Source: Spirochaetales bacterium | GTDB lineage: Bacteria; Spirochaetota; Spirochaetia; JABMQR01 | Direction: 5' to 3' | Length of the DNA stretch: 64,000 bases | Assembly (NCBI GenBank): GCA_018399255.1 | Contig: JAGYPA010000003.1 | Location: forward strand, 58,032 to 122,031 | Part shown: positions 56,958 through 64,000 of the stretch, one piece after another | How the letters are laid out: every line of letters starts with the position of its first letter | Position numbering within the stretch: the first letter of the stretch is position 1 | Program-made: the position numbers and the translations under genes | Notes under the pieces: model-generated | What the model saw: the letters and a program-made list of their open reading frames with translations, nothing else | What the model was told of the DNA's origin: nothing | Databases searched by the model: none

Positions 56958-58427
56958 ATGGAAAGTAACAAAAAACAAACAGCCATGGTTAAATTTTACA
57001 ACAGAGAAGATCTCCCGCTGGAATTGCATAAAGTGCGGGTCGTGCAGAAGCTTTTTCTCAAGCCTATTGAAGAACGCCTGCAGGCAATTGAAGAAGCCGG
57101 GTACAACACATTTCTTCTCAGCACAAAAGATACCTTTCTTGACATGCTTACCGATTCCGGGTGCAACGCTATGAGCGACAGGCAGACTGCAGCCATGATG
57201 CTTGCCGATGATGCCTATGCCGGTTCCCAGAGCTACGAGCGCCTTGAAAAACGGGTAAAAGCTCTCTTTGCCAAAGAATACATTTTACCTGTGCATCAGG
57301 GACGGGCAGCGGAAAATATTATCTCACAGACATTTGTTTCCGAGGGTGATCAGATCCCCATGAACTACCACTTTACCACCACAAAGGCTCATATAGAGAT
57401 TAACGGTGGAACCCTGCACGAGATTTATACTGATGAAGCCCTTAAAATAAAAAGCGATCATCCGTTCAAGGGGAATATTGACATTCAGAAGCTAGAACGG
57501 GTTATTGCAGAATACGGAGTGGAGAATATCCCTTTTATCAGGCTGGAGGCTTCCACCAATCTGATCGGAGGGCAGCCCTTTTCCATGGAAAACATGCGTC
57601 AGGTTAAGGCTGTTGCCGACAGGCACGGTATTATGATAGTTCTCGATGCCAGTCTTATCGGCGAAAATGCCTATTTCATTAAGCAGCGAGAGAGCGGTTA
57701 CGAGAACAGCACAATGGGGCAAATTCTTTTGGAAATGGCAGATATTGCCGATATCGTCTACTTTTCAGCGAGAAAGCTCAGTTCATCTCGCGGAGGTATC
57801 ATCTGCACCGGTTCAGAAGAGCTGTACGACAAAATGCGCGACCTTGTTCCCCTGTTTGAGGGGTTCCTTACCTATGGGGGCATGTCTGTCAGAGAAATCG
57901 AGGCAATGGCTGTCGGGCTCGAAGAGACCCTGGATGATCAGATGATCAACCAGTCACCAAGCTTCATCGATTATTTTGTCAGGCGAGTTGATGCTCTGGG
58001 AATTCCGGTGGTTACTCCAGGCGGAGCGCTTGGCGCGCATATTGACGCCATGGGATTCCTACCCCATGTTCCCCAGGAAGATTATCCGGCCGGAGCTCTT
58101 GCTGGAGCCCTCTTTCTGATTTCAGGCATACGGGGCATGGAGCGGGGAACAATATCGAGTGTCCGGGATGCTGAGGGAAAGGATGTTCTGGCTGATGTCG
58201 AACTGCTCAGGCTGGCTTTTCCAAGACGGGTTTTTACCCTCTCGCAATTGGAATATACTATAGACCGTCTAAAGTGGCTCTTTGATAACCGGGATCTGGT
58301 TGGCGGGTTGGTATGGCGTGACGAACCGAAAGTTCTCAGGTTTTTTCTGGGAAGACTTGATGCAAAGGGCGACTGGCCGATAAGGCTGATGGAAAAATTC
58401 AGAAAGGACTTCGGGGACAGCCTATAA
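56958..58427 (+). CDS. tnaA: Tryptophanase (tryptophan indole-lyase; beta-eliminating lyase family)
   Basis: Beta-eliminating lyase N-terminus (EAGYNTFLLSTKDTFLDMLTDSGCNAMSDRQ) and the PLP-lysine region SARKLSS. Tyrosine phenol-lyase cannot be excluded. Confidence 0.8.
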   Translation: MESNKKQTAMVKFYNREDLPLELHKVRVVQKLFLKPIEERLQAIEEAGYNTFLLSTKDTFLDMLTDSGCNAMSDRQTAAMMLADDAYAGSQSYERLEKRVKALFAKEYILPVHQGRAAENIISQTFVSEGDQIPMNYHFTTTKAHIEINGGTLHEIYTDEALKIKSDHPFKGNIDIQKLERVIAEYGVENIPFIRLEASTNLIGGQPFSMENMRQVKAVADRHGIMIVLDASLIGENAYFIKQRESGYENSTMGQILLEMADIADIVYFSARKLSSSRGGIICTGSEELYDKMRDLVPLFEGFLTYGGMSVREIEAMAVGLEETLDDQMINQSPSFIDYFVRRVDALGIPVVTPGGALGAHIDAMGFLPHVPQEDYPAGALAGALFLISGIRGMERGTISSVRDAEGKDVLADVELLRLAFPRRVFTLSQLEYTIDRLKWLFDNRDLVGGLVWRDEPKVLRFFLGRLDAKGDWPIRLMEKFRKDFGDSL

Positions 58428-58485
58428 TCGCTGCTTCTGGCGCAGATAAATTGATAATCAATGCAATTTATTGTACACTTACGCC

Positions 58486-60300
58486 ATGGGAAAACAAAAA
58501 GTCTCTTCGGCAGCTGTGTACGATGAGAGCAAGATCAAAACATTGAGCTCTCTGGAACATATACGGCTGAGAACAGGTATGTATATAGGTCGCTTAGGTG
58601 ACGGCTCTAATGTTGATGACGGAATCTATATCCTTTTAAAGGAAGTCGTTGATAATAGTGTTGATGAGTTCATTATGGGCTTCGGACGCGAGGTTTCTGT
58701 TGAAATCCGCGAAGACATGGTTAAAGTACGGGATTTTGGACGCGGCATTCCGCTTGGGAAGATCGTTGAATGCGTTTCGGTTATCAATACCGGGGCAAAA
58801 TATAATGATGAAGTGTTTCAGTTTTCCGTCGGTCTGAACGGGGTAGGAACTAAAGCAGTAAATGCCCTCTCCTCAAAGTTCCGGGTAGTTGCCTATAGGG
58901 AGGGGAAATTTGCCGAAGCCCATTTTGAGCGGGGTCTCCTGATTTCAGAAAAGAAGGGAAAAAGTTCTCAGCCTACCGGAACCTTGATCGAATTCGTGCC
59001 TGACAGGGAAATTTTCGGCGAATATGTATTTAACCCCGAGTTCATTGAAAAGCGGATATGGAATTATGCCTACCTTAATACGGGACTCTCCCTGGAGTAC
59101 AACGGAAAACTGTATGCTTCAAAACGCGGGCTTTTTGATTTGCTCAGCGGGGAAGTGGGATCCGAAAACATATATGATATTATTTATTACAAAGGGAAAC
59201 AGCTTGAATTCGCTCTTACCCATACCCATAACTACGGAGAGGATTACTTCTCCTATGTCAACGGACAGTTCACCAGTGCCGGGGGCTCTCACCTCAGTGC
59301 GTTTCGCGAAGGAATTCTGAAAGGCATAAATGAATACTATAAAAAAAGCTATTCAGGCGTTGATGTCCGTGACGGTATAGCAGGGGTGATAGCGGTCAAG
59401 CTGATGAATCCTGTTTTTGAGAGCCAGACAAAAAACAAGCTGGGCAATAATGACATCAAGGGCTGGATTGTGCAGGAAGTTAAGGCCGCTATAATTGATG
59501 TGCTGATGAAGAACCAGAAAACAGCGGAAAAACTTTCTGGAAAAATCGTCAGCAACGAAAAGCTCCGCAAGGAGCTTAACGAAGTCAAGAAGGGTGCCCG
59601 GGAGGCCGCCAAGAAGATTTCGCTCAAGATTCCCAATTTGAAGGACTGCAAGAATCATTACGGTGAAAATCATAAAAAACTCCCTGAATCCCCCACCACG
59701 GTTTTTTTGACGGAAGGTCAGTCGGCCTCCGGGTCGATGATCTCTGCCCGGGATGTCTATACACAAGCCATTTTCAGTCTGCGGGGCAAGGTGCTCAATG
59801 TCTACGGCAAGAAGCGGACCGAGATTTATAAAAACGAAGAACTCTACAATCTGATGATGGCGCTCGGAATTGAGAACGGAATTGAAGGACTGCGCTATGA
59901 ACGGGTGGTTATCGCAACAGATGCCGATTTTGACGGTTTCCATATACGCAATCTGCTGTTGACCTTTTTTCTCAATTTTTTCGAGGAAGCGGTCCACGGT
60001 GGTCATATATTTATCCTGGAAACCCCGCTTTTCCGGGTCCGCAACAAGCAGGAAACGCTCTACTGCTATAACGCCGCCGAAAGGGAGAGAGCCCGGGAGA
60101 AGCTGAAAAACAGTGAGGTAACCCGCTTCAAAGGATTGGGGGAGATATCGCCGAAAGAGTTCGGGCAATTCATTGGACCCGATATCAGGCTGGTTCCAGT
60201 GAGTGTTCAGGCCATTCATGAGATACGGAAGACGCTCGAATTCTATATGGGAAAAAACACCCCTGAAAGACGGCAGTTTATCATGGAGAACCTTATCTGA
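58486..60300 (+). CDS. parE: Type IIA topoisomerase B subunit (ParE-like; GyrB paralog)
   Basis: GHKL ATPase (LLKEVVDNSVDE), Toprim (TVFLTEGQSASGS) and the PLRGKVLN motif. It is 605-609 aa with no GyrB insert. The TTG at 58471 is an alternative start. Confidence 0.75.
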   Translation: MGKQKVSSAAVYDESKIKTLSSLEHIRLRTGMYIGRLGDGSNVDDGIYILLKEVVDNSVDEFIMGFGREVSVEIREDMVKVRDFGRGIPLGKIVECVSVINTGAKYNDEVFQFSVGLNGVGTKAVNALSSKFRVVAYREGKFAEAHFERGLLISEKKGKSSQPTGTLIEFVPDREIFGEYVFNPEFIEKRIWNYAYLNTGLSLEYNGKLYASKRGLFDLLSGEVGSENIYDIIYYKGKQLEFALTHTHNYGEDYFSYVNGQFTSAGGSHLSAFREGILKGINEYYKKSYSGVDVRDGIAGVIAVKLMNPVFESQTKNKLGNNDIKGWIVQEVKAAIIDVLMKNQKTAEKLSGKIVSNEKLRKELNEVKKGAREAAKKISLKIPNLKDCKNHYGENHKKLPESPTTVFLTEGQSASGSMISARDVYTQAIFSLRGKVLNVYGKKRTEIYKNEELYNLMMALGIENGIEGLRYERVVIATDADFDGFHIRNLLLTFFLNFFEEAVHGGHIFILETPLFRVRNKQETLYCYNAAERERAREKLKNSEVTRFKGLGEISPKEFGQFIGPDIRLVPVSVQAIHEIRKTLEFYMGKNTPERRQFIMENLI

Positions 60301-62222
60301 TGGCATATGCAAAAACCCTTTTCCAAACCAACTTTCTTGAATATGCCTCGTATGTAATCAAAGAGCGGGCTATCCCCGACCTTGACGATGGATTGAAACC
60401 GGTTCAGCGCCGGATTCTGCATTCCTTGCTCGAAATGGATGACGGAAAATTTCATAAAGTTGCCAATGTCGTCGGCCACTGCATGAAGTATCATCCCCAC
60501 GGCGATGCTTCCATCTATGAAGCCCTTGTCAATCTGGCAAATATGGATCTCTTTATCGACAAGCAGGGAAATTTCGGTAATTTTCTCACTGGCGATGTCG
60601 CTTCTGCGGCGAGGTATATAGAATGCCGGATAACACCATTTGCCAGGAATGTGCTGTATAATCCGGAACTGACCCGGTTTCAGGAGTCTTACGACGGAAG
60701 GAACAGCGAACCGGTTTCGTTTCCGGCAAAGATCCCCGTTCTCCTTGCCCTAGGTGTTGAAGGAATTGCGGTCGGTATGGCAACCAAAGTACTTCCTCAT
60801 AATCTGGATGAAGTCCTCGATGCGCTTTCGGCCGCCTTGAAGGGCGATGATTTTGTGCTGTATCCCGATTTTCCCGGCGGCGGGCTGGTTGATGTCTCCG
60901 AATATAACGACGGCCAGGGAAAGGTACTGGTCAGGGCTAAACTGAACACGAAAGATCCTAAGCGGATTGTGGTCGAAGAGCTGCCGTTCGGAGTAACCAC
61001 GGAAAAGCTTATAGCCTCGGTGGAAAATGCCGCCCGCAAGGGCAAGCTGAAAATAGCGTCCATTAACGATTTCACTACTGAGAAAGTGAATATCGAAATC
61101 ACCCTGGCCCGCAACACCTATTCTGAAGATGTGGAAGATGCGCTCTATGCCTTTACCGACTGTGAGCAGTCTGTTTCGGTTAACCTGCTGGTTATCAGGG
61201 ATCGTCTGCCGGTGCAGATGACCGTTACCGAGGTTATTTTGTATCATGCCAGTCGTCTGATCCAGATTCTCAAGCGGGAGCTGGAGGTGGAGAGGGAGCA
61301 GCTGCTTGACAAACTGCATGCCCGTACGCTGGAAAGGATTTTCATAGAAGAGCGAATTTATAAAAGGATCGAGGAAGAAAAGACCCGTGATGGAGTATTT
61401 GTATCTGTTTTTGATGGTTTCAAGCCTTTTCGGGATCAAATTAACCGGGAAGTGACAAATGATGATATAGAACGGCTGCTCAAGATTCCGATTCGCAGGA
61501 TATCGCTTTATGATATCAACAAGGCCCGAGAGGAAGTCCGGGGTATAAATGACCGGCTCGAGCGCATAGCGTATCACCTTGCCCATCTGGTTTCGTACGC
61601 ACTCGAATATATCGCCGGCCTGAAGCAGCTGGGATCGGCCTACCTTCGCCAGCGGCAGACAAAAATAACTACTTTCGGAAAAACCGATGTGCGTGAAGCG
61701 GCTGCCCGCGATCTGGTACTTCGCTATAATCCTTCTACAGGCTATCTCGGGTATGGATTGAAAACCGGGAATGAGCAGTGTAAGGTATCGCATTATGACC
61801 GGGTGCTGATTATAAAGAAATCGGGAACCTATTTTGTTACCGATGTCCCGGAAAAGCTCTTTGTCGACAAGACTGTTCGATTATGCTGTCTTGCGGATAA
61901 AGAGGTGCTTGAAAATCAGGTGCTGACTGCAATATATCAGGATCGTAAAACTAAAGCTCTCTACATAAAACGGTGCCGGGTAACACAATTTATTCTTAAC
62001 AAAACATACGAATTAGTTCCTGAGGACGGAAAATTGGTGAACTTATCTATTCGTGAAGATGCTGAGATCTATGTTGAATATAAGCCGAAACCCCGGCTGC
62101 AGAAGAAGGAAGAGAGTTTTTTCTTCCATGACTATCTGGTTAAGGGGGTAAAAACGGGAGGCGTTAAAATTACATCAAAAGAGGTAAAAACTCTCAAAGT
62201 GCGGGCGGTGAGACAGGTATGA
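60300..62222 (+). CDS. parC: Type IIA topoisomerase A subunit (ParC-like), short form
   Basis: Catalytic region with the active-site Tyr in AARYIECR. Only 640 aa, so the C-terminal domain is truncated. Confidence 0.7.
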   Translation: MAYAKTLFQTNFLEYASYVIKERAIPDLDDGLKPVQRRILHSLLEMDDGKFHKVANVVGHCMKYHPHGDASIYEALVNLANMDLFIDKQGNFGNFLTGDVASAARYIECRITPFARNVLYNPELTRFQESYDGRNSEPVSFPAKIPVLLALGVEGIAVGMATKVLPHNLDEVLDALSAALKGDDFVLYPDFPGGGLVDVSEYNDGQGKVLVRAKLNTKDPKRIVVEELPFGVTTEKLIASVENAARKGKLKIASINDFTTEKVNIEITLARNTYSEDVEDALYAFTDCEQSVSVNLLVIRDRLPVQMTVTEVILYHASRLIQILKRELEVEREQLLDKLHARTLERIFIEERIYKRIEEEKTRDGVFVSVFDGFKPFRDQINREVTNDDIERLLKIPIRRISLYDINKAREEVRGINDRLERIAYHLAHLVSYALEYIAGLKQLGSAYLRQRQTKITTFGKTDVREAAARDLVLRYNPSTGYLGYGLKTGNEQCKVSHYDRVLIIKKSGTYFVTDVPEKLFVDKTVRLCCLADKEVLENQVLTAIYQDRKTKALYIKRCRVTQFILNKTYELVPEDGKLVNLSIREDAEIYVEYKPKPRLQKKEESFFFHDYLVKGVKTGGVKITSKEVKTLKVRAVRQV

Positions 62223-62965
62223 GAAAAAATGAGGATGCAGCATCTGTGCCGGTTAAAGATCGGGTGCTCTACAAGGATAATCATATTATTGCGGTAGCTA
62301 AGCTCCCCTCGGAGATTGTTCAGAGCGATATAAGCGGGGATCCGACGCTTGCTGATGCGGTTAAGGAGTTTATCAGAGCCAGCTGTGGAAAACCGGGAAA
62401 TGTCTTTCTCGGAATTCCTCACCGGCTGGACCGTCCGACGAGCGGGGTTGTCCTTTTTGCCCGAACCGGGAAGGCGCTTGCCCGTCTTGCCGCCATGTTC
62501 CGGGATCGGGAAATCCGTAAGTTCTATTGGGCTGTTGTGGATAAGCCGCCGCCGGAGACCGAAGGGCGTCTTGAACACTACCTGATTCGGGATCGTACGA
62601 AAAATAAATCGTTTGCAGTACCCTCCGATAAAAAGGGAGCAAAGAAGGCTCTTCTTACCTATCGTCTGGAACGAGCGACGAAATCGTATTATATGCTGGA
62701 GATTGAGCTTGAAACAGGCCGTCATCATCAAATTCGGGCTCAGTTTGCTGCGCTGAATATACATATCAAAGGTGACCTGAAGTACGGGGCGGCACGTTCC
62801 AATCCGGGCGGTGGAATCTGTCTGCATGCCCGGCAGGTTGAGTTTGTTCATCCGGTTACCGGGAAGCCGGTTGTTATAACGGCTCCGTTTCCCGAAGAAC
62901 AGATCTGGCAGTCAGCAGAGCCTGAGCAGCCTGAGCCTGAGCAGCCTGAGCCTGAGTCGGTATAA
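62219..62965 (+). CDS. RluA-family pseudouridine synthase
   Basis: HRLDRPTSGVVLFART catalytic-Asp motif. The C-terminal tail is EPEQPEPEQPEPES. Confidence 0.8.
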   Translation: MRKNEDAASVPVKDRVLYKDNHIIAVAKLPSEIVQSDISGDPTLADAVKEFIRASCGKPGNVFLGIPHRLDRPTSGVVLFARTGKALARLAAMFRDREIRKFYWAVVDKPPPETEGRLEHYLIRDRTKNKSFAVPSDKKGAKKALLTYRLERATKSYYMLEIELETGRHHQIRAQFAALNIHIKGDLKYGAARSNPGGGICLHARQVEFVHPVTGKPVVITAPFPEEQIWQSAEPEQPEPEQPEPESV

Positions 62966-62967
62966 CC

Positions 62968-63936
62968 TCAGTTAACTTCGCGGCATGTTATAAGACCCTT
63001 CCCGCTTCTGCCGTCAACAACAATGCTCAAGGGGCTGGCCACCCGGACATGCCGGAAATAGGCATCCTCATAAATCGCTTCAATCGCATCGAGCCGCTCC
63101 ACCTGGAACTGCCCGTCTCCCCGGGCTGGATTGATCGTCATATAGCAGTTGCGCAATGATGTCAGGTTCTGGAAAAAATGCGTTCCCTGGCTTGGTTCAA
63201 CCTGAAAGTTTTCCAGGCCCATCTCGACAATCACCCGGGCATGAGAAATCTGATTCCAGGTAGTCGGAATGCCGAGCCATGGGTCGCTTGACCCGAGACG
63301 CCCCACTACGATCAGAACGTAGCCGTTATCATGATCCTCAAACGACGCGTTGAGCGTACCAAGTTTATCAGCCATTTTCCGGGTATCAGCCGGGTTGAAA
63401 GCGGTCGGCTTGATATATACTACATCCTGCAGATCGCCGAAATTTCCATTGCCCATCGCCTTGATTGAGTAGACAAGGGCTTCTTCAGCTAAAGACTCAT
63501 CGATAAACACATCCTCCTGTTCGGAACCTTCAACAATCGGGCGTATCTGAAGAAGGCTGAATTCAGGCAGCTTGTCGGCTGGCCGGTTCAGATTCCCCGC
63601 AAATTCGATTTCGATGGGAGTATTCATAATCTTTTCGCCAAGCTTCAGCATATCCCGGATTATTTCGGCGATAGGGAATAAATTAAATTTCAGAATGCCG
63701 GCAAAGGTAATGACTTTTTGGCCCTCCCCGGCCGGCGAGTCTGAAAACCGACCGGTATGCAGGTTGAAGGTGGAAGCGGCATATTTCATCGATCCATGGT
63801 CAGCTGCATCCTGAACCGACAGAAGCTTAAGGTTGTCCGCCTCACCTGCCGTCGGATTGAAAGGATTCTCCATATCGAGAGCATAAAATTTCTGCTGAGT
63901 ATTTTTGAGCGCGTGCCCGGGATTGGAAAGCTGCAT
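62968..63936 (-). CDS. PEP-utilising-enzyme-like protein with PPDK_N-type ATP-grasp domain (possibly N-terminally truncated by the window edge)
   Basis: A LLQIRP motif resembles the end of the PPDK_N domain. The ORF reaches within 64 nt of the window end. Confidence 0.35.
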   Translation of the reverse strand: MQLSNPGHALKNTQQKFYALDMENPFNPTAGEADNLKLLSVQDAADHGSMKYAASTFNLHTGRFSDSPAGEGQKVITFAGILKFNLFPIAEIIRDMLKLGEKIMNTPIEIEFAGNLNRPADKLPEFSLLQIRPIVEGSEQEDVFIDESLAEEALVYSIKAMGNGNFGDLQDVVYIKPTAFNPADTRKMADKLGTLNASFEDHDNGYVLIVVGRLGSSDPWLGIPTTWNQISHARVIVEMGLENFQVEPSQGTHFFQNLTSLRNCYMTINPARGDGQFQVERLDAIEAIYEDAYFRHVRVASPLSIVVDGRSGKGLITCREVN

Positions 63937-64000
63937 GATTTTTTTGGGGTACTTAGGGGAAAAGCGCAGCGAGGTACCGGCCTCTACGACAATTTTACCG

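Noticed and set aside
1-64000. CRISPR arrays, tRNA or rRNA genes, transposases or integrases
   Set aside because: I found no short regularly spaced direct repeats, no cloverleaf-like GC-rich intergenic segments and no IS-like inverted repeats with a transposase ORF. The intergenic regions are short and promoter-like.

Overview
This is a 64 kb chromosomal window from a mid-GC (~50%) bacterium. Gene content, including a compact ParE/ParC-like topoisomerase pair, is loosely reminiscent of a spirochete, but that is an inference. I see no rRNA, tRNA, CRISPR array, transposase or integrase. Nearly every listed ORF of 60-200 aa on the strand opposite a long ORF is spurious. The left third (1-23.7 kb) is a densely packed accessory catabolic region and the most unusual part of the window. 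It contains a sulfatase operon (DapA/NAL-like aldolase, hypothetical, hexapeptide acyltransferase, formylglycine-type sulfatase) and a sugar-type ABC importer with a class III aminotransferase. It also contains a creatininase-family gene, a ~2 kb tandem duplication of two frameshifted NagB-like pseudogenes with an intact paralog 7.4 kb downstream, two URO-D-family (MtaA/MtbA-like) genes, two NagA-like amidohydrolases, an MFS transporter, an amidohydrolase-2 and an aldo/keto reductase. Within this region sits a non-pyrrolysine MttB-superfamily methyltransferase with no corrinoid (B12-binding) protein in view. The remainder is mostly housekeeping: sucCD-like CoA ligase with a DASS transporter, ROK regulator, htpG, nitronate monooxygenase-like, MscS, MBL hydrolase, carAB, nicotinamidase-like, rlmE, polyprenyl synthase, rhomboid, adenosine deaminase, tandem-GNAT acetyltransferase, and a xylose locus (AraC regulator, xylB, xylA, ArsR-like regulator). 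There is a complete trp operon with fused trpGD and trpCF that lies next to osmC and a tryptophanase. A compact ParE/ParC-like pair, an RluA-family pseudouridine synthase and a partial PPDK_N-like gene sit at the right edge. Non-coding highlights are five same-orientation DnaA boxes between rlmE and the polyprenyl synthase, several perfect palindromes in divergent promoter regions, direct repeats in the carA and tnaA upstream regions, and two strong hairpins in the trpE leader.
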